A DNA stretch of 64,000 bases, from the NCBI RefSeq assembly GCF_009914755.1, contig NC_060931.1; one strand, 5' to 3'. This document shows, piece after piece, positions 13,287 through 27,000 of the stretch (within the stretch, counting starts at the first letter, position 1; each line of letters starts with the position of its first letter). The position numbers and the translations under genes are program-made. This DNA is from the human T2T-CHM13v2.0 reference genome, Homo sapiens. Under the pieces are notes generated by a model. The model worked only from the letters and a program-made list of their open reading frames with translations, searched no databases and was not told where the DNA came from.

Positions 13287-14308
13287 AGTAACTTTTTTGT
13301 GTTGTGTGTATTCAACTCACAGAGTTGAACCTTGCTTTAGAGAGAGCAGATTTGAAACACTCTTGCTGTGGCATTTTCAGGTGGAGATTTCAAGCGATTT
13401 GAGGACAATTGCAGAAAAGGAAATATCTTCGTATAATAACCAGACAGAATCATTCTCAGAAAGTGCTTTGTGATGTGTGCGTTCAACTCACAGAGTTTAA
13501 CCTTTCCTTTCATAGAGGAGTTTGGAAACACACTGTTTGTAAAGTCTGCAATTGGATATATGGACCTGTTTGAGGCCTTCGTTGGAAACGGGATTTCTTC
13601 ATTGAATGCTAGACGGAAGAATTCTCAGTAAATTCTTTGTGTTGTGTGCATTCAACTCACAGAGTGGAACGTCCCTTTAGACAGAGCAGATTTGAAACAC
13701 TCTTTTTGCGGAATTTGCAAGTGGAGATTTCTAGCCATTTGATGCCAACAGTAGAAAGGGAAATATCTTCAAATAAAAACCAGACAGAATCATTCTCAGA
13801 AAATTCTTTGTGATGTGTGCGTTCAACTCACATAGTTTAACCTTTCTTTTCATAGAGCAGTTTGGAAACACTCTGTTTGTAAAGTCTGCAAGTGGATCTA
13901 TGGACCGCATTGAGGCCTTCGTTGGAAACGGGATTTCTTCATTTCATGCTAGACAGAAGAATTCTCAGTAACTTCTTTGTGCTGTGTGTATTCAACTCAC
14001 AGAGTGGAACGTCCCTTTACACAGAGCAGATTTGAAACACTCTTTTTGTGGAGTTTGCAAGTGGAGATTTCAAGCGATTTGATGCCAACAGTAGAAAATG
14101 AAATATCTTCAAATAAAAACTAGACAGAATCATTCTCAGAAACTACTTTGTGATGTGTGCCTTCAACTCACAGAGTTTAACCTTTCTTTTCTTAGAGCAG
14201 TTTAGAAACACTCTGCTTGTTATGTCTGCAAGTGGATATTTGGACCTCTTTGAGGCCTTCGTTGCAAAAGGGGTTTCTTACTTTAATGCTAGACTAAGAA
14301 GAGTTCTC

Positions 14309-15097
14309 AGTAACTTTTTTGTGTTGTGTGTATTCAACTCACAGAGTTGAACCTTGCTTTAGAGAGAGCAGATTTGAAACACTCTCGCTGTGGAATTTTC
14401 AGGTGGAGATTTCAAGCGATTTGAGGACAATTGCAGAAAAGGAAATATCTTCGTATAATAACCAGACAGAATCATTCTCAGAAAGTGCTTTGTGATGTGT
14501 GCGTTCAACTCACAGAGTTTAACCTTTCTTTTCATAGAGGAGTTTGGAAACACACTGTTTGTAAAGTCTGCAATTGGATATATGGACCTGTTTGAGGCCT
14601 TCGTTGGAAACGGGATTTCTTCATTGAATGCTAGACGGAAGAATTCTCAGTAAATTCTTTGTGTTGTGTGCATTCAACTCACAGAGTGGAACGTCCCTTT
14701 AGACAGAGCAGATTTGAAACACTCTTTTTGCGGAATTTGCAAGTGGAGATTTCTAGCCATTTGATGCCAACAGTAGAAAGGGAAATATCTTCAAATAAAA
14801 ACCAGACAGAATCATTCTCAGAAAATTCTTTGTGATGTGTGCTTTCAACTCACATAGTTTAACCTTTCTTTTCATAGAGCAGTTTGGAAACACTCTGTTT
14901 GTAAAGTCTGCAAGTGGATATATGGACCGCATTGAGGCCTTCGTTGGAAACGGGATTTCTTCATTTCATGCTAGACAGAAGAATTCTCAGTAACTTCTTT
15001 GTGCTGTGTGTATTCAACTCACAGAGTGGAACGTCCCTTTGCACAGAGCAGATTTGAAACACTCTTTTTGTGGAGTTTGCAAGTGAGAAGAGTTCTC
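14309..15097 (+). repeat. Truncated HOR (789 bp) carrying a 233-bp deletion
   Basis: ORFs 14359 to 15148 are 789 bp apart. Junction GGAGTTTGCAAGTG|AGAAGAGTTCTC at 15085/15086 joins HOR position 777 to 1011. Confidence 0.95.
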
Positions 15098-18000
15098 AGC
15101 AACTTTTTTGTGTTGTGTGTATTCAACTCACAGAGTTGAACCTTGCTTTAGAGAGAGCAGATTTGAAACACTCTTGCTGTGGCATTTTCAGGTGGAGATT
15201 TCAAGCGATTTGAGGACAATTGCAGAAAAGGAAATATCTTCGTATAATAACCAGACAGAATCATTCTCAGAAAGTGCTTTGTGATATGTGCGTTCAACTC
15301 ACAGAGTTTAACCTTTCTTTTCATAGAGGAGTTTGGAAACACACTGTTTGTAAAGTCTGCAATTGGATATATGGACCTGTTTGAGGCCTCCGTTGGAAAC
15401 GGGATTTCTTCATTGAATGCTAGACGGAAGAATTCTCAGTAAATTCTTTGTGTTGTGTGCATTCAACTCACAGAGTGGAACGTCCCTTTAGACAGAGCAG
15501 ATTTGAAACACTCTTTTTGCGGAATTTGCAAGTGGAGATTTCTAGCCATTTGATGCCAACAGTAGAAAGGGAAATATCTTCAAATAAAAACCAGACAGAA
15601 TCATTCTCAGAAAATTCTTTGTGATGTGTGCGTTCAACTCACATAGTTTAACCTTTCTTTTCATAGAGCAGTTTGGAAACACTCTGTTTGTAAAGTCTGC
15701 AAGTGGATATATGGACCGCATTGAGGCCTTCGTTGGAAACGGGATTTCTTCATTTCATGCTAGACAGAAGAATTCTCAGTAACTTCTTTGTGCTGTGTGT
15801 ATTCAACTCACAGAGTGGAACGTCCCTTTACACAGAGCAGATTTGAAACACTCTTTTTGTGGAGTTTGCAAGTGGAGATTTCAAGCGATTTGATGCCAAC
15901 AGTAGAAAATGAAATATCTTCAAATAAAAACTAGACAGAATCATTCTCAGAAACTACTTTGTGATGTGTGCCTTCAACTCACAGAGTTTAACCTTTCTTT
16001 TCTTAGAGCAGTTTAGAAACACTCTGCTTGTGATGTCTGCAAGTGGATATTTGGACCTCTTTGAGGCCTTCGTTGCAAACGGGGTTTCTTCCTTTAATGC
16101 TAGACTAAGAAGAGTTCTCAGTAACTTTTTGTGTTGTGTGTATTCAACTCACAGAGTTGAACCTTGCTTTAGAGAGAGCAGATTTGAAACACTCTCGCTG
16201 TGGAATTTTCAGGTGGAGATTTCAAGCGATTTGAGGACAATTGCAGAAAAGGAAATATCTTCGTATAATAACCAGACAGAATCATTCTCAGAAAGTGCTT
16301 TGTGATGTGTGCGTTCAACTCACAGAGTTTAACCTTTCTTTTCATAGAGGAGTTTGGAAACACACTGTTTGTAAAGTCTGCAATTGGATATATGGACCTG
16401 TTTGAGGCCTCCGTTGGAAACGGGATTTCTTCATTGAATGCTAGACGGAAGAATTCTCAGTAAATTCTTTGTGTTGTGTGCATTCAACTCACAGAGTGGA
16501 ACGTCCCTTTAGACAGAGCAGATTTGAAACACTCTTTTTGCGGAATTTGCAAGTGGAGATTTCTAGCCATTTGATGCCAACAGTAGAAAGGGAAATATCT
16601 TCAAATAAAAACCAGACAGAATCATTCTCAGAAAATTCTTTCTGATGTGTGCGTTCAACTCACATAGTTTAACCTTTCTTTTCATAGAGCAGTTTGGAAA
16701 CACTCTGTTTGTAAAGTCTGCAAGTGGATATATGGACCGCATTGAGGCCTTCGTTGAAAACGGGATTTCTTCATTTCATGCTAGACAGAAGAATTCTCAG
16801 TAACTTCTTTGTGCTGTGTGTATTCAACTCACAGAGTGGAACGTCCCTTTGCACAGAGCAGATTTGAAACACTCGTTTTGTGGAGTTTGCAAGTGGAGAT
16901 TTCAAGCGATTTGATGCCAACAGTAGAAAAGGAAGTATCTTCAAATAAAAACTAGACAGAATCATTCTCAGAAACTACTTTGTGATGTGTGCCTTCAACT
17001 CACAGAGTTTAACCTTTCTTTTCTTAGAGCAGCTTAGAAACACTCTGCTTGTTATGTCTGCAAGTTGATATTTGGACCTCTTTGAGGCCTTCGTTGCAAA
17101 CGGGGTTTCTTCCTTTAATGCTAGACTAAGAAGAGTTCTCAGTAACTTTTTTGTGTTGTGTGTATTCAACTCACAGAGTTGAACCTTGCTTTAGAGAGAG
17201 CAGATTTGAAACACTCTTGCTGTGGCATTTTCAGGTGGAGATTTCAAGCGATTTGAGGACAATTGCAGAAAAGGAAATATCTTCGTATAATAACCAGACA
17301 GAATCATTCTCAGAAAGTGCTTTGTGATGTGTGCGTTCAACTCACAGAGTTTAACCTTTCTTTTCATAGAGGAGTTTGGAAACACACTGTTTGTAAAGTC
17401 TGCAATTGGATATATGGACCTGTTTGAGGCCTTCGTTGGAAACGGGATTTCTTCATTGAATGCTAGACGGAAGAATTCTCAGTAAATTCTTTGTGTTGTG
17501 TGCATTCAACTCACAGAGTGGAACGTCCCTTTAGACAGAGCAGATTTGAAACACTCTTTTTGCGGAATTTGCAAGTGGAGATTTCTAGCCATTTGATGCC
17601 AACAGTAGAAAGGGAAATATCTTCAAATAAAAACCAGACAGAATCATTCTCAGAAAATTCTTTGTGATGTGTGCGTTCAACTCACATAGTTTAACCTTTC
17701 TTTTCATAGAGCAGTTTGGAAACACTCTGTTTGTAAAGTCTGCAAGTGGATATATGGACCGCATTGAGGCCTTCGTTGGAAACGGGATTTCTTCATTTCA
17801 TGCTAGACAGAAGAATTCTCAGTAACTTCTTTGTGCTGTGTGTATTCAACTCACAGAGTGGAACGTCCCTTTGCACAGAGCAGATTTGAAACACTCTTTT
17901 TGTGGAGTTTGCAAGTGGAGATTTCAAGCGATTTGATGCCAACAGTAGAAAAGGAAATATCTTCAAATAAAAACTAGACAGAATCATTCTCAGAAACTAC

Positions 18001-21000
18001 TTTGTGATGTGTGCCTTCAACTCACAGAGTTTAACCTTTCTTTTCTTAGAGCAGTTTAGAAACACTCTGCTTGTTATGTCTGCAAGTGGATATTTGGACC
18101 TCTTTGAGGCCTTCGTTGCAAACGGGGTTTCTTCCTTTCATGCTAGACTAAGAAGAGTTCTCAGTAACTTTTTTGTGTTGTGTGTATTCAACTCACAGAG
18201 TTGAACCTTGCTTTAGAGAGAGCAGATTTGAAACACTCTTGCTGTGGCATTTTCAGGTGGAGATTTCAAGCGATTTGAGGACAATTGCAGAAAAGGAAAT
18301 ATCTTCGTATAATAACCAGACAGAATCATTCTCAGAAAGTGCTTTGTGATGTGTGCGTTCAACTCACAGAGTTTAACCTTTCTTTTCATAGAGGAGCTTG
18401 GAAACACACTGTTTGTAAAGTCTGCAATTGGATATATGGACCTGTTTGAGGCCTCCGTTGGAAACGGGATTTCTTCATTGAATGCTAGACGGAAGAATTC
18501 TCAGTAAATTCTTTGTGTTGTGTGCATTCAACTCACAGAGTGGAACGTCCCTTTAGACAGAGCAGATTTGAAACACTCTTTTTGCGGAATTTGCAAGTGG
18601 AGATTTCTAGCCATTTGATGCCAACAGTAGAAAGGGAAATATCTTCAAATAAAAACCAGACAGAATCATTCTCAGAAAATTCTTTGTGATGTGTGCGTTC
18701 AACTCACATAGTTTAACCTTTCTTTTCATACAGCAGTTTGGAAACACTCTGTTTGTAAAGTCTGCAAGTGGATATATGGACCGCATTGAGGCCTTCGTTG
18801 GAAACGGGATTTCTTCATTTCATGCTAGACAGAAGAATTCTCAGTAACTTCTTTGTGCTGTGTGTATTCAACTCACAGAGTGGAACGTCCCTTTGCACAG
18901 AGCAGATTTGAAACACTCTTTTTGTGGAGTTTGCAAGTGGAGATTTCAAGCGATTTGATGCCAACAGTAGGAAAGGAAATATCTTCAAATAAAAACTAGA
19001 CAGAATCATTCTCAGAAACTACTTTGTGATGTGTGCCTTCAACTCACAGAGTTTAACCTTTCTTTTCTTAGAGCAGTTTAGAAACACTCTGCTTGTTATG
19101 TCTGCAAGTGGATATTTGGACCTCTTTGAGGCCTTCGTTGCAAACGGGGTTTCTTCCTTTAATGCTAGACTAAGAAGAGTTCTCAGTAACTTTTTTGTGT
19201 TGTGTGTATTCAACTCACAGAGTTGAACCTTGCTTTAGAGAGAGCAGATTTGAAACACTCTTGCTGTGGCATTTTCAGGTGGAGATTTCAAGCGATTTGA
19301 GGACAATTGCAGAAAAGGAAATATCTTCGTATAATAACCAGACAGAATCATTCTCAGAAAGTGCTTTGTGATGTGTGCGTTCAACTCACAGAGTTTAACC
19401 TTTCTTTTCATAGAGGAGTTTGGAAACACACTGTTTGTAATGTCTGCAATTGGATATATGGACCTGTTTGAGGCCTCCGTTGGAAACGGGATTTCTTCAC
19501 TGAATGCTAGACGGAAGAATTCTCAGTAAATTCTTTGTGTTGTGTGCATTCAACTCACAGAGTGGAACGTCCCTTTAGACAGAGCAGATTTGAAACACTC
19601 TTTTTGCGGAATTTCCAAGTGGAGATTTCTAGCCATTTGATGCCAACAGTAGAAAGGGAAATATCTTCAAATAAAAACCAGACAGAATCATTCTCAGAAA
19701 ATTCTTTGTGATGTGTGCGTTCAACTCACATAGTTTAACCTTTCTTTTCATAGAGCAGTTTGGAAACACTCTGTTTGTAAAGTCTGCAAGTGGATATATG
19801 GACCGCATTGAGGCCTTCGTTGGAAACGGGATTTCTTCATTTCATGCTAGACAAAAGAATTCTCAGTAACTTCTTTGTGCTGTGTGTATTCAACTCACAG
19901 AGTGGAACGTCCCTTTGCACAGAGCAGATTTGAAACACTCTTTTTGTGGAGTTTGCAAGTGGAGATTTCAAGCGATTTGATGCCAACAGTAGAAAAGGAA
20001 ATATCTTCAAATAAAAACTAGACAGAATCATTCTCAGAAACTACTTTGTGATGTGTGCCTTCAACTCACAGAGTTTAACCTTTCTTTTCTTAGAGCAGTT
20101 TAGAAACACTCTGCTTGTTATGTCTGCAAGTGGATATTTGGACCTCTTTGAGGCCTTCGTTGCAAACGGGGTTTCTTCCTTTCATGCTAGACTAAGAAGA
20201 GTTCTCAGTAACTTTTTTGTGTTGTGTGTATTCAACTCACAGAGTTGAACCTTGCTTTAGAGAGAGCAGATTTGAAACACTCTTGCTGTGGCATTTTCAG
20301 GTGGAGATTTCAAGCGATTTGAGGACAATTGCAGAAAAGGAAATATCTTCGTATAATAACCAGACAGAATCATTCTCAGAAAGTGCTTTGTGATGTGTGC
20401 GTTCAACTCACAGAGTTTAACCTTTCTTTTCATAGAGGAGTTTGGAAACACACTGTTTGTAAAGTCTGCAATTGGATTTATGGACCTGTTTGAGGCCTCC
20501 GTTGGAAACGGGATTTCTTCATTGAATGCTAGACGGAAGAATTCTCAGTAAATTCTTTGTCTTGTGTGCATTCAACTCACAGAGTGGAACGTCCCTTTAG
20601 ACAGAGCAGATTTGAAACACTCTTTTTGCGGAATTTGCAAGTGGAGATTTCTAGCCATTTGATGCCAACAGTAGAAAGGGAAATATCTTCAAATAAAAAC
20701 CAGACAGAATCATTCTCAGAAAATTCTTTGTGATGTGTGCGTTCAACTCACATAGTTTAACCTTTCTTTTCATAGAGCAGTTTGGAAACACTCTGTTTGT
20801 AAAGTCTGCAAGTGGATATATGGACCGCATTGAGGCCTTCGTTGGAAACGGGATTTCTTCATTTCATGCTAGACAGAAGAATTCTCAGTAACTTCTTTGT
20901 GCTGTGTGTATTCAACTCACAGAGTGGAACGTCCCTTTGCACAGAGCAGATTTGAAACACTCTTTTTGTGGAGTTTGCAAGTGGAGATTTCAAGCGATTT

Positions 21001-24000
21001 GATGCCAACAGTAGAAAAGGAAATATCTTCAAATAAAAACTAGACAGAATCATTCTCAGAAACTACTTTGTGATGTGTGCCTTCAACTCACAGAGTTTAA
21101 CCTTTCTTTTCTTAGAGCAGTTTAGAAACACTCTGCTTGTTATGTCTGCAAGTGGATATTTGGACCTCTTTGAGGCCTTCGTTGCAAACGGGGTTTCTTC
21201 CTTTAATGCTAGACTAAGAAGAGTTCTCAGTAACTTTTTTGTGTTGTGTGTATTCAACTCACAGAGTTGAACCTTGCTTCAGAGAGAGCAGATTTGAAAC
21301 ACTCTTGCTGTGGAATTTTCAGGTGGAGATTTCAAGCGATTTGAGGACAATTGCAGAAAAGGAAATATCTTCGTATAATAACCAGACAGAATCATTCTCA
21401 GAAAGTGCTTTGTGATGTGTGCGTTCAACTCACAGAGTTTAACCTTTCTTTTCATAGAGGAGCTTGGAAACACACTGTTTGTAAAGTCTGCAATTGGATA
21501 TATGGACCTGTTTGAGGCCTCCGTTGGAAACGGGATTTCTTCATTGAATGCTAGACGGAAGAATTCTCAGTAAATTCTTTGTGTTGTGTGCATTGAACTC
21601 ACAGAGTGGAACGTCCCTTTAGACAGAGCAGATTTGAAACACTCTTTTTGCGGAATTTGCAAGTGGAGATTTCTAGCCATTTGATGTCAACAGTAGAAAG
21701 GGAAATATCTTCAAATAAAAACCAGACAGAATCATTCTCAGAAAATTCTTTGTGATGTGTGCGTTCAACTCACATAGTTTAACCTTTCTTTTCATAGAGC
21801 AGTTTGGAAACACTCTGTTTGTAAAGTCTGCAAGTGGATATATGGACCGCATTGAGGCCTTCGTTGGAAACGGGATTTCTTCATTTCATGCTAGACAGAA
21901 GAATTCTCAGTAACTTCTTTGTGCTGTGTGTATTCAACTCACAGAGTGGAACGTCCCTTTGCACAGAGCAGATTTGAAACACTCTTTTTGTGGAGTTTGC
22001 AAGTGGAGATTTCAAGCGATTTGATGCCAACAGTAGAAAAGGAAATATCTTCAAATAAAAACTAGACAGAATCATTCTCAGAAACTACTTTGTGATGTGT
22101 GCCTTCAACTCACAGAGTTTAACCTTTCTTTTCTTAGAGCAGTTTAGAAACACTCTGCTTGTTATGTCTGCAAGTGGATATTTGGACCTCTTTGAGGCCT
22201 TCGTTGCAAACGGGGTTTCTTCCTTTAATGCTAGACTAAGAAGAGTTCTCAGTAACTTTTTTGTGTTGTGTGTATTCAACTCACAGAGTTGAACCTTGCT
22301 TCAGAGAGAGCAGATTTGAAACACTCTTGCTGTGGAATTTTCAGGTGGAGATTTCAAGCGATTTGAGGACAATTGCAGAAAAGGAAATATCTTCGTATAA
22401 TAACCAGACAGAATCATTCTCAGAAAGTGCTTTGTGATGTGTGCGTTCAACTCACAGAGTTTAACCTTTCTTTTCATAGAGGAGCTTGGAAACACACTGT
22501 TTGTAAAGTCTGCAATTGGATATATGGACCTGTTTGAGGCCTCCGTTGGAAACGGGATTTCTTCATTGAATGCTAGACGGAAGAATTCTCAGTAAATTCT
22601 TTGTGTTGTGTGCATTGAACTCACAGAGTGGAACGTCCCTTTAGACAGAGCAGATTTGAAACACTCTTTTTGCGGAATTTGCAAGTGGAGATTTCTAGCC
22701 ATTTGATGTCAACAGTAGAAAGGGAAATATCTTCAAATAAAAACCAGACAGAATCATTCTCAGAAAATTCTTTGTGATGTGTGCGTTCAACTCACATAGT
22801 TTAACCTTTCTTTTCATAGAGCAGTTTGGAAACACTCTGTTTGTAAAGTCTGCAAGTGGATATATGGACCGCATTGAGGCCTTCGTTGGAAACGGGATTT
22901 CTTCATTTCATGCTAGACAGAAGAATTCTCAGTAACTTCTTTGTGCTGTGTGTATTCAACTCACAGAGTGGAACGTCCCTTTGCACAGAGCAGATTTGAA
23001 ACACTCTTTTTGTGGAGTTTGCAAGTGGAGATTTCAAGCGATTTGATGCCAACAGTAGAAAAGGAAATATCTTCAAATAAAAACTAGACAGAATCATTCT
23101 CAGAAACTACTTTGTGATGTGTGCCTTCAACTCACAGAGTTTAACCTTTCTTTTCTTAGAGCAGTTTAGAAACACTCTGCTTGTTATGTCTGCAAGTGGA
23201 TATTTGGACCTCTTTGAGGCCTTCGTTGCAAACGGGGTTTCTTCCTTTCATGCTAGACTAAGAAGAGTTCTCAGTAACTTTTTTGTGTTGTGTGTATTCA
23301 ACTCACAGAGTTGAACCTTGCTTTAGAGAGAGCAGATTTGAAACACTCTTGCTGTGGCATTTTCAGGTGGAGATTTCAAGCGATTTGAGGACAATTGCAG
23401 AAAAGGAAATATCTTCGTATAATAACCAGACAGAATCATTCTCAGAAAGTGCTTTGTGATGTGTGCGTTCAACTCACAGAGTTTAACCTTTCTTTTCATA
23501 GAGGAGTTTGGAAACACACTGTTTGTAAAGTCTGCAATTGGATATATGGACCTGTTTGAGGCCTTCGTTGGAAACGGGATTTCTTCATTGAATGCTAGAC
23601 GGAAGAATTCTCAGTAAATTCTTTGTGTTGTGTGCATTCAACTCACAGAGTGGAACGTCCCTTTAGACACAGCAGATTTGAAACACTCTTTTTGCGGAAT
23701 TTGCAAGTGGAGATTTCTAGCCATTTGATGCCAACAGTAGAAAGGGAAATATCTTCAAATAAAAACCAGACAGAATCATTCTCAGAAAATTCTTTGTGAT
23801 GTGTGCGTTCAACTCACATAGTTTAACCTTTCTTTTCATAGAGCAGTTTGGAAACACTCTGTTTGTAAAGTCTGCAAGTGGATATATGGACCGCATTGAG
23901 GCCTTCGTTGGAAACGGGATTTCTTCATTTCATGCTAGACAGAAGAATTCTCAGTAACTTCTTTGTGCTGTGTGTATTCAACTCACAGAGTGGAACGTCC

Positions 24001-27000
24001 CTTTGCACAGAGCAGATTTGAAACACTCTTTTTGTGGAGTTTGCAAGTGGAGATTTCAAGCGATTTGATGCCAACAGTAGAAAAGGAAATATCTTCAAAT
24101 AAAAACTAGACAGAATCATTCTCAGAAACTACTTTGTGATGTGTGCCTTCAACTCACAGAGTTTAACCTTTCTTTTCTTAGAGCAGTTTAGAAACACTCT
24201 GCTTGTTATGTCTGCAAGTGGATATTTGGACCTCTTTGAGGCCTTCGTTGCAAACGGGGTTTCTTCCTTTCATGCTAGACTAAGAAGAGTTCTCAGTAAC
24301 TTTTTTGTGTTGTGTGTATTCAACTCACAGAGTTGAACCTTGCTTTAGAGAGAGCAGATTTGAAACACTCTTGCTGTGGCATTTTCAGGTGGAGATTTCA
24401 AGCGATTTGAGGACAATTGCAGAAAAGGAAATATCTTCGTATAATAACCAGACAGAATCATTCTCAGAAAGTGCTTTGTGATGTGTGCGTTCAACTCACA
24501 GAGTTTAACCTTTCTTTTCATAGAGGAGTTTGGAAACACACTGTTTGTAAAGTCTGCAAGTGGATATATGGACCTGTTTGAGGCCTTCGTTGGAAACGGG
24601 ATTTCTTCATTGAATGCTAGACGGAAGAATTCTCAGTAAATTCTTTGTGTTGTGTGCATTCAACTCACAGAGTGGAACGTCCCTTTAGACAGAGCAGATT
24701 TGAAACACTCTTTTTGAGGAATTTGCAAGTGGAGATTTCTAGCCATTTGATGCCAACAGTAGAAAGGGAAATATCTTCAAATAAAAACCAGACAGAATCA
24801 TTCTCAGAAAATTCTTTGTGATGTGTGCGTTCAACTCACATAGTTTAACCTTTCTTTTCATAGAGCAGTTTGGAAACACTCTGTTTGTAAAGTCTGCAAG
24901 TGGATATATGGACCGCATTGAGGCCTTCGTTGGAAACGGGATTTCTTCATTTCATGCTAGACAGAAGAATTCTCAGTAACTTCTTTGTGCTGTGTGTATT
25001 CAACTCACAGAGTGGAACGTCCCTTTGTACAGAGCAGATTTGAAACACTCTTTTTGTGGAGTTTGCAAGTGGAGATTTCAAGCGATTTGATGCCAACAGT
25101 AGAAAAGGAAATATCTTCAAATAAAAACTAGACAGAATCATTCTCAGAAACTACTTTGTGATGTGTGCCTTCAACTCACAGAGTTTAACCTTTCTTTTCT
25201 TAGAGCAGTTTAGAAACACTCTGCTTGTTATGTCTGCAAGTGGATATTTGGACCTCTTTGAGGCCTTCGTTGCAAACGGGGTTTCTTCCTTTCATGCTAG
25301 ACTAAGAAGAGTTCTCAGTAACTTTTTTGTGTTGTGTGTATTCAACTCACAGAGTTGAACCTTGCTTTAGAGAGAGCAGATTTGAAACACTCTTGCTGTG
25401 GCATTTTCAGGTGGAGATTTCAAGCGATTTGAGGACAATTGCAGAAAAGGAAATATCTTCGTATAATAACCAGACAGAATCATTCTCAGAAAGTGCTTTG
25501 TGATGTGTGCGTTCAACTCACAGAGTTTAACCTTTCTTTTCATAGAGGAGTTTGGAAACACACTGTTTGTAAAGTCTGCAAGTGGATATATGGACCTGTT
25601 TGAGGCCTTCGTTGGAAACGGGATTTCTTCATTGAATGCTAGACGGAAGAATTCTCAGTAAATTCTTTGTGTTGTGTGCATTCAACTCACAGAGTGGAAC
25701 GTCCCTTTAGACAGAGCAGATTTGAAACACTCTTTTTGAGGAATTTGCAAGTGGAGATTTCTAGCCATTTGATGCCAACAGTAGAAAGGGAAATATCTTC
25801 AAATAAAAACCAGACAGAATCATTCTCAGAAAATTCTTTGTGATGTGTGCGTTCAACTCACATAGTTTAACCTTTCTTTTCATAGAGCAGTTTGGAAACA
25901 CTCTGTTTGTAAAGTCTGCAAGTGGATCTATGGACCGCATTGAGGCCTTCGTTGGAAACGGGATTTCTTCATTTCATGCTAGACAGAAGAATTCTCAGTA
26001 ACTTCTTTGTGCTGTGTGTATTCAACTCACAGAGTGCAACGTCCCTTTACACAGAGCAGATTTGAAACACTCTTTTTGTGGAGTTTGCAAGTGGAGATTT
26101 CAAGCGATTTTATGCCAACAGTAGAAAAGGAAATATCTTCAAATAAAAACTAGACAGAATCATTCTCAGAAACTACTTTGTGATGTGTGCCTTCAACTCA
26201 CAGAGTTTAACCTTTCTTTTCTTAGAGCAGCTTAGAAACACTCTGCTTGTTATGTCTGCAAGTGGATATTTGGACCTCTTTGAGGCCTTCGTTGCAAACG
26301 GGGTTTCTTCCTTTAATGCTAGACTAAGAAGAGTTCTCAGTAACTTTTTTGTGTTGTGTGTATTCAACTCACAGAGTTGAACCTTGCTTTAGAGAGAGCA
26401 GATTTGAAACACTCTTGCTGTGGCATTTTCAGGTGGAGATTTCAAGCGATTTGAGGACAATTGCAGAAAAGGAAATATCTTCGTATAATAACCAGACAGA
26501 ATCATTCTCAGAAAGTGCTTTGTGATGTGTGCGTTCAACTCACAGAGTTTAACCTTTCTTTTCATAGAGGAGCTTGGAAACACACTGTTTGTAATGTCTG
26601 CAATTGGATATATGGACCTGTTTGAGGCCTTCGTTGGAAACGGGATTTCTTCATTGAATGCTAGACGGAAGAATTCTCAGTAAATTCTTTGTGTTGTGTG
26701 CATTCAACTCACAGAGTGGAACGTCCCTTTAGACAGAGCAGATTTGAAACACTTTTTGGCGGAATTTGCAAGTGGAGATTTCTAGCCATTTGATGCCAAC
26801 AGTAGAAAGGGAAATATCTTCAAATAAAAACCAGACAGAATCATTCTCAGAAAATTCTTTGTGATGTGTGCCTTGAACTCACATAGTTTAACCTTTCTTT
26901 TCATAGAGCAGTTTGGAAACACTCTGTTTGTAAAGTCTGCAAGTGGATATATGGACCGCATTGAGGCCTTCGTTGGAAACGGGATTTCTTCATTTCATGC

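Noticed and set aside
16120-16135. 1-bp deletion in a T run producing a 114-aa ORF (15961-16305)
   Set aside because: Single homopolymer indel; may be slippage or sequencing error, and the ORF is incidental.
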